From a virus (Duplodnaviria; Caudoviricetes): a stretch of 40,588 nt of DNA. Below are positions 1 through 8,329 of this stretch, in pieces (positions within the stretch are counted from its first letter, which is position 1; each line of letters begins with the position of its first letter). Location of the stretch: the IMG/VR virus record IMGVR_UViG_3300031965_000076, positions 1 through 40,588 of that record; one strand, written 5' to 3'. A program made the translations under genes and the position numbers. The notes beneath the pieces were generated by a model. It was given only the letters and a program-made list of their open reading frames with translations. It searched no databases and was not told where the DNA came from.

Positions 1-71
1 GTGGTTTTTTTTGTGGGAAACTGGGCCCGTCGCCGCGGGACAGGCGGGTCGCGCCCGTGCTGTTGCGGATA

Positions 72-120
72 GGGCGGCGGGGTCGCCCTCAGATCGCCTC
101 TGGGGGTCCCGCCGTTGCCC
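72..120 (-). terminator. GC-rich hairpin immediately downstream of terL
   Basis: CGGCGGG (75-81) pairs with CCCGCCG (108-114), with an inner stem CCCTCAGA/TCTGGGGG; it abuts the terL stop codon. Confidence 0.45.
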
Positions 121-1659
121 CTACGCCACGGCGAGCGGTGGCGGTGGCGGCGGCAGCGTCCGGGCCAGGTGGACCGCGCCGGCCGCGGCGTAGGTGCCGT
201 CGATCGGCCCGCTCCCGCGCCGGACGAACACCCACTGGTCGCCGCGGCTCAGCTTCTGCGTCTGCTTGACGTGCTGGTCGAGCATCGGATCTTTCGGGTG
301 GCGGACCTGGTCGGCTTTGACGGCGTCGTCGAGGCCCATGCAGATCGCGGGTACCTCGGTGCCGCGGAGTTCTTCGACGGTGACCCGGCGCGGCGGCCAC
401 TGCCCGCGCCGCTCGGCCAGCGCGGTGGTGACGGCGGCGGCCGGCCCGCCGGGGTACCAGCCGAGGACGCGCGGCTTGAGCGTGCGGACCAGGTCGGGCA
501 GGTCGGCCCGGAGCGCGGCCGTGCAGCCGAAGCCATGCCACCGTTTCACGACCTCGAGGTGGACCATGCCGTCGACCATGGCGGCGGCCATCAGGGTGGC
601 GTGGCTGCCGTCGAGGCTCACGTCGAAGCACAGTGCGAGGGCGCGGCGGTGCTCGGCGAGGTTGAGCGGCGTGTCGGTGCCGGCGTTCTTCCACAGCTCG
701 GGGTCGATGGCCGGGTCGAGCTGGTCGATGCGCATGCACATCATTTCGATCTTGAACTCGGCCAGCGTCCGACCGCCGGCGCGCTTGGCCTTCTTGGCCT
801 CGCCGAGCAACGCCCGGTCGGTCAGTCCGGTCCCGTTGGGCCGCGGCCGGTTGAGGCTCGGGTTGGCGCACGCCAGGGCCTCGAGGTCTTCGGGGTCGGC
901 GCCGGCCGGCGCGGACCATGCGGCGAGGAACGTGTCGGTCTCCGGGTCGCTGGTCTCGGCGGCTTCCAGCGCGGCGTCGTACTCCTCGTGCAGCACGATG
1001 GACGAGGTGTCGCCCTCGTTGGTGATGCAGACGGCCAGGGCGTCGGCGAGCGCGTTCATGCCGGGGATGAGCGCGTTCCAGCAGTCGCGGTTCTTGTGCT
1101 CGAGGAGTTCGTCGATGAGGGCGCGGTGGGTGGTCTTGCCGCGGCCGGCTTTGCGGTTGGGCGCGGAGAATCCGTAGTGCGAGCCGTAGTCGTTCCAGAA
1201 GTCCTCCTCGCTGATCTGCAGGCGGGCGTGGTCCGGGGGTAGTGCGGCGGCGAGCAGCGGCACGGACTCGGCCATGTCGATGGCCTCGCGCCAGCTCTTC
1301 TTGGCTTCGCCGCGGTCCTTGTGGGTGCCGTGGACGTAGGGCACGCGCTCGATGAACATCCAGTAGAGGATCAGCAGTCGGGCGAACACGGTCTTCCCGT
1401 TCTGCCGGGCCACCAGGATGATGGCCTTGCGGTAGCGCGGCGACCCGTCGGGGAACAGCTCACCGAGGTGGATCGCGAGCCACCGTTGCCACAGGTCGAG
1501 CTGCCAGCCGATCAGGTCGCAGAAGGCGATGAAGGCGTAGCCCCACGAGGCGGCAGGGTCAGACAAGTCCCTCAGTGGTGGGGTGGACAGCCGGGGGACA
1601 ACCGATCCCAGCACGGCGGGCCGCGAGCTCGTCGAGCGGGCTGGCTGCGGGCTTGCCAT
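121..1659 (-). CDS. terL: Terminase large subunit
   Basis: 512 aa with Walker A-like VARQNGKT, Walker B ALIDE, ANPSL motif, and C-terminal RNase H-like nuclease motifs (CFDVS...IDGTYA). Confidence 0.93.
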   Translation of the reverse strand: MASPQPARSTSSRPAVLGSVVPRLSTPPLRDLSDPAASWGYAFIAFCDLIGWQLDLWQRWLAIHLGELFPDGSPRYRKAIILVARQNGKTVFARLLILYWMFIERVPYVHGTHKDRGEAKKSWREAIDMAESVPLLAAALPPDHARLQISEEDFWNDYGSHYGFSAPNRKAGRGKTTHRALIDELLEHKNRDCWNALIPGMNALADALAVCITNEGDTSSIVLHEEYDAALEAAETSDPETDTFLAAWSAPAGADPEDLEALACANPSLNRPRPNGTGLTDRALLGEAKKAKRAGGRTLAEFKIEMMCMRIDQLDPAIDPELWKNAGTDTPLNLAEHRRALALCFDVSLDGSHATLMAAAMVDGMVHLEVVKRWHGFGCTAALRADLPDLVRTLKPRVLGWYPGGPAAAVTTALAERRGQWPPRRVTVEELRGTEVPAICMGLDDAVKADQVRHPKDPMLDQHVKQTQKLSRGDQWVFVRRGSGPIDGTYAAAGAVHLARTLPPPPPPLAVA

Positions 1660-1984
1660 CGGTGCCGCCCTTCATCGCGACTCCCCTGGCGCGGGGGCTG
1701 AGCAGGAGGGCTTCGAGCGCGGCGAGGAGTTTCGGGCCGAGGTCGGACGCGACGGAGTGCGCGGCGAGGGCGACGCGGATCGTGTCGATGTGCCGGCCGG
1801 CGTCGTCGTCCTCGTCGTCGGCGGCGGCGCGGGTCAGCCAGTCGAGGGCCTTGGTGTACTTCGCCGCGGGGGCCGCCTGGTCGATGAGGGTGGCGTACGT
1901 CCGTGCGAGTTCGGCCGTGGCGACGTCACGCTGGCCGGCGGGTTCGGCGGCAAGCGCGGTGTCTACGGCGTCACGTACGGACAT
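1559..1984 (-). CDS. terS: Terminase small subunit
   Basis: Directly upstream of terL and overlapping it; helical protein with LGPKLLAALEALLLSPRAR and SPLDELAARR motifs typical of actinophage TerS; ATG at 1984 preceded by a -10-like TATCGT. Confidence 0.8.
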   Translation of the reverse strand: MSVRDAVDTALAAEPAGQRDVATAELARTYATLIDQAAPAAKYTKALDWLTRAAADDEDDDAGRHIDTIRVALAAHSVASDLGPKLLAALEALLLSPRARGVAMKGGTDGKPAASPLDELAARRAGIGCPPAVHPTTEGLV

Positions 1985-2042
1985 GACTTGACGATACCGA
2001 GGCAACCTCAATATGAGGTAGCCTCAGCGCCATGAGGTGGCC
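1985..2042. promoter_or_regulatory. Divergent leaderless promoters for terS and portal with a palindromic operator
   Basis: Minus strand TATCGT-6nt-ATG(1984); plus strand TAGCCT(2019-2024)-7nt-ATG(2032); inverted repeat GAGGCAACCTCA-ATA-TGAGGTAGCCTC (1999-2025); third half-site TGAGGTGGCC (2033-2042). Confidence 0.6.
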
Positions 2043-3303
2043 GTGGCAGCGCAGGGAGCAGTACGTTCCCGACGCGCCCGCCACCGATCCGGGCTCGTCG
2101 ACGGACCTGGCGCCGCGCGCCAACGTCGACATTCCGCAGTCGATCGTGTCGGCGATGATGGCCGCCGGCGGCGGCAACTACTCCGGTGTCCACGTCGACG
2201 AGGGCACGGCGATGGGCCTGTCCGCCGTATACCGGGCCGTGTCGCTGATCTCGGGGACGATCGCGCAGCTGCCGTTACGCACGTTACGGGAGCGGGCCGG
2301 CCGCCTGGATCGGGTGCCGTCGGTGTTCGACGACCCGCAGGGCGGCCTCTCCGGTATGACCCGTTTCGAGTGGGTCGAAACGATCATGATTCATCTGCTT
2401 TTGCATGGAAACGCGTACCTGCTGCACGTGTACAACGGCGCCGGTGGGCTGTTCTCGCTGATGCCGCAGCACCCGCTGCACGTTGAGGTGTTCTGGCCGC
2501 GGCCGGAGGACAAGGTGTGGCCGGTCGGCAACAAGTGGTACCGGGTCACCGACATCTGGGGCCGGCAGACAGTGCACGACGCGACCACGCTGACGCACAT
2601 CTCGGCGCAGTCCCCGGACGGGTTGAAGGGCCTGTCGCCGCTGACGATCGCCCGGAACAGCTTCGGGACGGCGATTGCCGGTGAGCGGTCCGCGGCGAAG
2701 ATGTTCTCCAACGGTGCGCTGATGTCCGGCCTGGCAGTCCCGGATGAGGACCTCGAAAAAGACGAGCTGGACGTGGCGAAGCAGGAGCTGAACCGGCACA
2801 TGCTCGGCTGGGAGAACGCCGGCTCGATCGCCGTGGTGAACCGAAAGTTGACCTTCACCCCGTGGACCATGTCCGCCGCTGACGCGCAGTTCCTGCAGTC
2901 CCGGCAGTTCTCGATCGAGGAGATCGCCCGATGGTTCGGAGTGCCGCCACACCTGCTGATGCAGACGGACAAGCAGACGTCGTGGGGTACCGGCGTCAAC
3001 GAGCAGAACCGGGGTTTGGGAAAGTTCACGTTGTCTCCGTGGACCTCCCGGGTGGAGCAGCGACTGTCCAGGCTGCTGGGTGTCCAGCGGTGGTGCGAGT
3101 TCGACTTCGCCGGCCTTGAGCGTCCGAACGTCGAGACCGAGATTGACCTGATCTTGAAGCAGGTCGCCGGGGGTTTGATCACCCGGAACGAAGGCCGTGC
3201 CCTCCGTAACCTTGCCCCGCTCGACGGCGGGAACGTCCTCCTCGGCGGACCCGCGACAGAGCCCGCACCGACTGAGGAGCCCGCTGATGCGCTCACTGCC
3301 TGA
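2032..3303 (+). CDS. Portal protein, HK97 family
   Basis: 423 aa with SAVYRAVSLIS, LLLHGNAY, DAQFLQSRQFSIEEIARWFGVPPHLL and ITRNEGR motifs. Confidence 0.96.
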   Translation: MRWPWQRREQYVPDAPATDPGSSTDLAPRANVDIPQSIVSAMMAAGGGNYSGVHVDEGTAMGLSAVYRAVSLISGTIAQLPLRTLRERAGRLDRVPSVFDDPQGGLSGMTRFEWVETIMIHLLLHGNAYLLHVYNGAGGLFSLMPQHPLHVEVFWPRPEDKVWPVGNKWYRVTDIWGRQTVHDATTLTHISAQSPDGLKGLSPLTIARNSFGTAIAGERSAAKMFSNGALMSGLAVPDEDLEKDELDVAKQELNRHMLGWENAGSIAVVNRKLTFTPWTMSAADAQFLQSRQFSIEEIARWFGVPPHLLMQTDKQTSWGTGVNEQNRGLGKFTLSPWTSRVEQRLSRLLGVQRWCEFDFAGLERPNVETEIDLILKQVAGGLITRNEGRALRNLAPLDGGNVLLGGPATEPAPTEEPADALTA

Positions 3304-3991
3304 CCTGACCGCGCTCGCCGACCGGGCCCGGTCGCTGGGCTTCCGCAACGCCGCCGACCTGGCCCCGGGCAACGGCTCGGCGCAGGGCTGGTACCGGGTC
3401 ACCGGGCAGGCCGAAGAGCGGGCCCAGGTGTACGTGTACGACACGATCGGCTGGGATACGCCGGCGTCCGAGTTCGTGCGGGCGCTGTCCGAGATCACTG
3501 CCCCGATCATCGACATGCGGGTCAACTCGCCGGGCGGTCTGGTCTGGGACGGCCTGGACATCTACTCGGCGCTCAAAGGGCACCCGTCGCGGGTCGAGGC
3601 CGTCGTGACCGGCATCGCCGCGTCGGCGGCGTCGGTGATCCTGCAGGGCGCCGACCACATCGCCGTCGAGCAGGCCGCCCGCATCATGATCCACCGGTCG
3701 TCGGGGATCGCGATCGGGAACATGCACGACCTGCGGGAGACCGCCGACGTCCTCGAGGGAATCGACCAGTCCGCAGCCGAGATCTACCAGGCCCGCGCCG
3801 GCGGCCCGGTCGACGCCTGGCTGGCGGCGATGGACAAGACCACCTGGTACCCGGCGGCCGCGGCCGTCGAGGCCGGCCTCGCCGACACGGTCATCGGTAA
3901 CAAAACCAAGAACGCGCCACCTCCGCCCCCGGAGGACCGCGCCAGCCAGCTCGTCAGGGCACGTGCCCGCGCTTACCTCAGGAAAGGATGA
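3287..3991 (+). CDS. ClpP-like head maturation protease
   Basis: RVNSPGG, GIAASAAS (catalytic Ser) and IMIH motifs; GAGGAG RBS before ATG 3287; sits between portal and capsid. Confidence 0.93.
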   Translation: MRSLPDLTALADRARSLGFRNAADLAPGNGSAQGWYRVTGQAEERAQVYVYDTIGWDTPASEFVRALSEITAPIIDMRVNSPGGLVWDGLDIYSALKGHPSRVEAVVTGIAASAASVILQGADHIAVEQAARIMIHRSSGIAIGNMHDLRETADVLEGIDQSAAEIYQARAGGPVDAWLAAMDKTTWYPAAAAVEAGLADTVIGNKTKNAPPPPPEDRASQLVRARARAYLRKG

Positions 3992-5217
3992 CGATGCGGA
4001 CCATCGAAGAGATCCAGGCGGCAATGAACGCGCTGCTTGCCGCCGCCGAGGGACGCACCCTCACCGACGAGGAGGTCACCCAGTACGAGGCCCTCGAAGC
4101 GGAGCTGGTCACGACCCAGCGCACCAACCAGGTCATGGCGCGGAACAACGCGTACAACATGCCCGCCACCGGTCCCGGCGTCCCCGGTGGTGCTCCGGTG
4201 GCGCCGCTCGGCACGGTCGCGCCGGCCCGGCCGGACAACGGCCTGGAGGAGGCGTTCACCGCGTTCCTGCGCACCGGTGTCCCGAACGCGGACCTGACGG
4301 AGCTGCGGCCGAACATGGCGCAGGGTTCCTCGGTCGGTTCCGAGGGTGGCTTCCTGGTGCCGCCCGGTTTCCGGAACAAGATCATCGAGCGGATGCAGGC
4401 GTTCGGCGGCATCGCGAACATCTGCGACCAGCTCAACACCGACACGGGTAACACCATCGAGTGGCCCACCGTCGACGACGTCGCCAACGAAGCCGAGGTG
4501 GTTCCCGAGTCGACCGCGCCGGCGAACCAGAACGCGGTCGTGTTCGGGAAGAAGGAGCTCCGGGCGTACACCTACCAGACGGGCGGCCCATCGTCCGTGC
4601 CGATCCGGCTCCCGCGGGAGCTGATCCAGGACCAGCAGTTCGACCTTGAGAGCCGGCTGGCCCGGCTGATGGGCCTGCGGCTGGCCCGCGGCCTCGCCGC
4701 GGACCTCGCGAACGGCAACGGCGTCGCTCAGCCCCTCGGACTGGTCTACGGCCTGACCGGTATCGAGCCGGCCGACGACACCGCCGGCATCACCTACGAC
4801 GACCTGTTGACGTTCATCCACTCCGTGGATCCGGCCTACCGGGCCAACGGTAGGTGGGTATTCAACGACTCGTCGCTGAAGACGATCCGGCAGATCAAGG
4901 ACTCGAACGGTGACCCGCTGTGGCGGTCGATGACCTCCACCATCGGTGACCCCGCCTCGGATGGGATGCTGCTCGACTACCCGTACACCATCGACCAGGG
5001 CCTGCCGGACATCGACATCGACTCGAACACGGTGAACTGGGGTGCGTTCGGCGACATCCTCGAGGGCTACGTCCTGCGGCGGGTCCGGTCGATCGAGGTC
5101 GTGGTGAACCCGTGGAACCGGGCGAACGAGCGGGAGATCGAGTACACCGCCTGGATGCGGGCCGACGCCACCCAGCAGAACACGCAGGCCTACTCGGCGT
5201 TGTGCGGCGAGCAGTGA
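3988..5217 (+). CDS. Major capsid protein, HK97 fold
   Basis: 409 aa; N-terminal coiled-coil delta domain, GGFLVP, GNGVAQPLG, IKDSNGDPLW and AFGD motifs. Confidence 0.95.
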   Translation: MTMRTIEEIQAAMNALLAAAEGRTLTDEEVTQYEALEAELVTTQRTNQVMARNNAYNMPATGPGVPGGAPVAPLGTVAPARPDNGLEEAFTAFLRTGVPNADLTELRPNMAQGSSVGSEGGFLVPPGFRNKIIERMQAFGGIANICDQLNTDTGNTIEWPTVDDVANEAEVVPESTAPANQNAVVFGKKELRAYTYQTGGPSSVPIRLPRELIQDQQFDLESRLARLMGLRLARGLAADLANGNGVAQPLGLVYGLTGIEPADDTAGITYDDLLTFIHSVDPAYRANGRWVFNDSSLKTIRQIKDSNGDPLWRSMTSTIGDPASDGMLLDYPYTIDQGLPDIDIDSNTVNWGAFGDILEGYVLRRVRSIEVVVNPWNRANEREIEYTAWMRADATQQNTQAYSALCGEQ

Positions 5218-5218
5218 C

Positions 5219-5527
5219 ATGCCGGTCTACAACTACGACTTCACGCTGACCGCCGAGACGCCCGAGTCGACGTCTCGGCCGGCGGCCGGCACCGACCGGT
5301 TCGGGCTGCAGATCGCCCCGAACCCGGCCGCTACGGCGGTCACGGTCGCGCTGCAAGGGTCGATCAACGGCTCGGACTGGGCCGATCTGGTCGACGCCAC
5401 CCTGCGCGCGCCGATGGTCGCCTCCGGCGGCGGCACGAAAAGCCCTGTCGTCCGCTATCTGCGGGTCGTGGCCCGCACTCTCACCGGCGACGGCGCCCAG
5501 GTCGCCGTCCACGTCGTAGCCAAGTAA
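5219..5527 (+). CDS. Small virion protein, putative capsid accessory
   Basis: 102 aa beta-rich ORF (LQGSINGSDW...RYLRV) starting right after the capsid stop. Confidence 0.6.
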   Translation: MPVYNYDFTLTAETPESTSRPAAGTDRFGLQIAPNPAATAVTVALQGSINGSDWADLVDATLRAPMVASGGGTKSPVVRYLRVVARTLTGDGAQVAVHVVAK

Positions 5528-5536
5528 GGAGCAGGC

Positions 5537-5977
5537 ATGCCCGCCCGCGAGATCATTTCCCCTGAGCTGCACGTCCTCGGCACGTCCAAGGTCACCATCA
5601 GCACGGCGACCACCACATCCTTCGATTTCGGTACGCCGAACGACATCGACCTGGCGTCGGTCGTCTCCACCGAGCCGGGCTACACGTACGTGCACGGTGA
5701 CCGGGTGCTGGTCATCCTGACCGCGTCGACGGCGGGCACCACCGACAGCCTGACGTGGGTGATCCAGGACGCCGACGACAACGCCGGTGACATCGGCACC
5801 CCGGCGACGGCGGTGACCACCGGCACGCTCGCGGTCACCACCGGGGATGCGTTCTCGCAGATCTCGGTGAAGCTCCAGTCCGGGCGTCCGTGGCTGCGGG
5901 TGCGGGTCACCTCGTCCGGGTCGACGGACACGTTCGTCTGTCACTGCACGGTCCTCGGCGTCCCCGGGGTCCTCTGA
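5537..5977 (+). CDS. Putative capsid decoration/cement protein
   Basis: 146 aa Thr-rich beta protein (IQDADDN...RPWLRVRVT); AAGGAG RBS; located in the head cluster. Confidence 0.6.
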   Translation: MPAREIISPELHVLGTSKVTISTATTTSFDFGTPNDIDLASVVSTEPGYTYVHGDRVLVILTASTAGTTDSLTWVIQDADDNAGDIGTPATAVTTGTLAVTTGDAFSQISVKLQSGRPWLRVRVTSSGSTDTFVCHCTVLGVPGVL

Positions 5978-6231
5978 TGCAGACCCCCAGCAAGGGCCGC
6001 ATCGTGCTCGTCGGTGTGGCCCCGGAGGTCAACAACGGCGACGACACCGCTCCGGCCGTCGTCACCCGCGTGTGGGGCGAGCGGACGCAGGGCGGCTGGA
6101 CGGTCAACGTCAAGGTGCTCAACGACGGTCTCGCGTGCGAGTGGAAGACGTCGGTGGTGCTGTTCGCCACCGAGGACCAGGCCCGCGAATACGGCATCAC
6201 CGGCGCATGTTTCTGGCCGCCGCGAGTCTGA
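5977..6231 (+). CDS. Hypothetical phage protein (PSxGRIV...PAVVTRVW...WPPRV type)
   Basis: 84 aa, TGATG-coupled to the previous gene; motif pattern common in phage genomes, function unknown. Confidence 0.7.
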   Translation: MQTPSKGRIVLVGVAPEVNNGDDTAPAVVTRVWGERTQGGWTVNVKVLNDGLACEWKTSVVLFATEDQAREYGITGACFWPPRV

Positions 6232-6337
6232 AAGACCACCCGACCGGCACCAGCTGGCAGGAAGCGAACACCGTCCCCGGGAACCTACTGGTCGGGAGGA
6301 TCCCCGGGGCACCTAAAACGGAACCGGAAGGAGCGGC

Positions 6338-6715
6338 ATGACGCAGGCTGTCGGCACCGCGCGGACCCTCTACCCGTCGGCCGCCCGGACCGCGACCCCC
6401 ACCGCCGTCACCCAGGTCAACCGGCGTGCCGAGCGCGGCGGCCACTTCGTCATCGACGTCACCGCGGTGACGGCGACACCGTCGGTGGTGCCCGTGGTCG
6501 AGGCGTACGACGCCGCATCGGACTCGTGGTACACGATCCTCACCGGCGACGCGATCACCGCCACCGGCACGACCGTCCTGAAGGTGTATCCGGGGATCGC
6601 CGTGCAGGCCAACGCGTCCGCGTCGGATGTGCTGCCGCAGACGTGGCGGGTGACGATGACGCACGCCGACACGGACTCGATCACCTACACGGTGTCAGCG
6701 AACCTGGTGCCGTGA
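6338..6715 (+). CDS. Virion protein, unknown function
   Basis: 125 aa Thr/Val-rich beta-sandwich-like; AAGGAG RBS. Confidence 0.7.
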   Translation: MTQAVGTARTLYPSAARTATPTAVTQVNRRAERGGHFVIDVTAVTATPSVVPVVEAYDAASDSWYTILTGDAITATGTTVLKVYPGIAVQANASASDVLPQTWRVTMTHADTDSITYTVSANLVP

Positions 6716-7230
6716 TGGCCGATTTCTTCCACACCTGTGACGCCTCCGACGTAGGCGGCGGGACCACCCTGGTTGTGGAACGGTCGGTTGTCACCAGCGG
6801 GAACCTCACCCCGCAGAACACGTCCAGTGCGTGGGCGGCGCTGACCGGCGGTCCGACCCTGGTCATCCCGGCGTCGGTCGGCGACTACCTGTCCGTGGAG
6901 ATCATGGGCATGGTCGTCGACCCCGACCTGGGGACGTTCATCGACCTGGCGGTGATCGGCGCCGCCGCGGCGCTGGTCCGGTTCGGGTCGTCCGGCACCG
7001 GCACGCCCGCGAACGAGGGCGACCCGTCGTTCTACCCGGACATTGCCGGGTTCGCCGGCCATGGCACCGTCTTCGACTTCGTGGCCGACGCCGACGACAT
7101 CGTCGACGGGGACGTCACGATCTGCTTCGCGGTCAACTCCGGCGGTGCCGGCACGATCTACGCCGGCACGAACGGCTTCTATCCGCTGCGGTGGCGTGTG
7201 CTCAACCACGGCCCGGCAACGGTCAGCTGA
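6715..7230 (+). CDS. Putative head fibre/appendage protein A
   Basis: 171 aa from TGATG-coupled ATG 6715; begins MADFFHTCDASD; Gly-rich beta domain. Confidence 0.6.
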   Translation: MADFFHTCDASDVGGGTTLVVERSVVTSGNLTPQNTSSAWAALTGGPTLVIPASVGDYLSVEIMGMVVDPDLGTFIDLAVIGAAAALVRFGSSGTGTPANEGDPSFYPDIAGFAGHGTVFDFVADADDIVDGDVTICFAVNSGGAGTIYAGTNGFYPLRWRVLNHGPATVS

Positions 7231-7244
7231 CAGGGAGGGCGACG

Positions 7245-7736
7245 ATGGCCGATCATTTCAACACCTGTGACGTCTCCGACTACCTGCCGGTGACCGGTGG
7301 GACGGTCACCGGCAACGTCACCATCCAGGATGATGGGGCGACGAAAAGCTACGTGCTCCGGACCTCCGGAACAGACCTCGACCTGGAGGGCGCCGGGGCG
7401 GACCTGTTCCTGTCGGTGTGGTCCGGCGCCGGTGGCACCGGCACCCAGCGCAACTACGCCCGGTTGGAGTCCGGGGCTGCGCTGGCGCACGCGCTCGGCC
7501 GGTGGGCTTGCGCCGAGTCGGCGTTCAGTGGCACGTACGTCCTGGATGCTGACCCGACCGCGGGGACGGTCGGTGTCGGGTCGAAGAACGCGCTGGGCCC
7601 GGTCGTCTTCGCCGGATTCAAGGCCACCGCCGGGGCGCCGGCCACGGGCACGTGGGCGGCCGGTGATGTGGTGCTGGACTCGGCCGGGGCATGGCACCTG
7701 TGCACCGCCGGCGGGACCCCGGGGACGTGGACATGA
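7245..7736 (+). CDS. Putative head fibre/appendage protein B
   Basis: 163 aa; GGGAGG RBS; begins MADHFNTCDVSD; fibre-like YLPVTGGTVTG and C-terminal GAPATGTWAAGD...CTAGGTPGTW motifs. Confidence 0.65.
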   Translation: MADHFNTCDVSDYLPVTGGTVTGNVTIQDDGATKSYVLRTSGTDLDLEGAGADLFLSVWSGAGGTGTQRNYARLESGAALAHALGRWACAESAFSGTYVLDADPTAGTVGVGSKNALGPVVFAGFKATAGAPATGTWAAGDVVLDSAGAWHLCTAGGTPGTWT

Positions 7737-8329
7737 CCTGGGCACCGGACTACGCCACGCCTGCTGAGCTCAAGTCGTATCTGCGGATCGACGACGCCGC
7801 CGACGACGTGTTCATCGCGCTCTGGATCACGACCGTGTCCCGCAACATTGACGACCACACGAGCCGTCAGTTCGGGCAGGTCGCCGCGTTGGAGGCTCGC
7901 ACGTACACGCCGGTCTACGACCGGCATCTGTGCGCGCACGTCCTGGTCGTCGACGACGTGCAGGACGTGACCGGGCTGACCGTGGTCGATGAGGACGGCA
8001 CCACTGTCACGGGGCACACGTACGGGCCGGTCAACGCGGTGAAGAAGGGCCGCCCGTATGAGCGGCTGATCTTCGGCTCTGATGCGACGTCGTTCACCGG
8101 GGATCTGACCGTGACCGCGTTGTGGGGTTGGGATCCGGCGTCGGTGGGGCCGACGGTCGCGAAGACCGGCCTGATGCTGCAGGGAGCCCGGCTGGCCGCG
8201 CGCCGCGACAGCCCGTTCGGCATCTCCGGCTCGCCGCAGGAGCAGGGCGAGTTGCGGCTGCTGGCCCAGCTCGACCCGGACTTCCGGACGTCGCTGAAGC
8301 CGCTACGCCGGAAGTGGTGGGCGGCATGA
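7733..8329 (+). CDS. Head-to-tail adaptor/connector
   Basis: 198 aa; YATPAELKSYLRIDD N-terminus, VTALWGW and RRDSPFG motifs typical of actinophage adaptors. Confidence 0.85.
   Translation: MTWAPDYATPAELKSYLRIDDAADDVFIALWITTVSRNIDDHTSRQFGQVAALEARTYTPVYDRHLCAHVLVVDDVQDVTGLTVVDEDGTTVTGHTYGPVNAVKKGRPYERLIFGSDATSFTGDLTVTALWGWDPASVGPTVAKTGLMLQGARLAARRDSPFGISGSPQEQGELRLLAQLDPDFRTSLKPLRRKWWAA

Noticed and set aside
81-101. GGTCGCCCTCAG resembling GGTAGCCTCAG at 2017 as a possible inversion crossover site
   Set aside because: Too short and gapped, and explained by the terminator hairpin; no evidence for an actively invertible segment.
89-1242. Long alternative-frame and antisense ORFs over terL, and similar ones genome-wide (e.g. 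12243-14084, 23951-25624)
   Set aside because: Shadow ORFs expected at very high GC; Arg/Pro/Gly-rich, without motifs, and overlapping well-supported genes.
6228-6321. Hammerhead or HDV ribozyme call
   Set aside because: CTGAAAGA is not CUGANGA with a matching GAAA core, and HDV P3/L3/P1.1 cannot be built; kept only as a generic pseudoknot.
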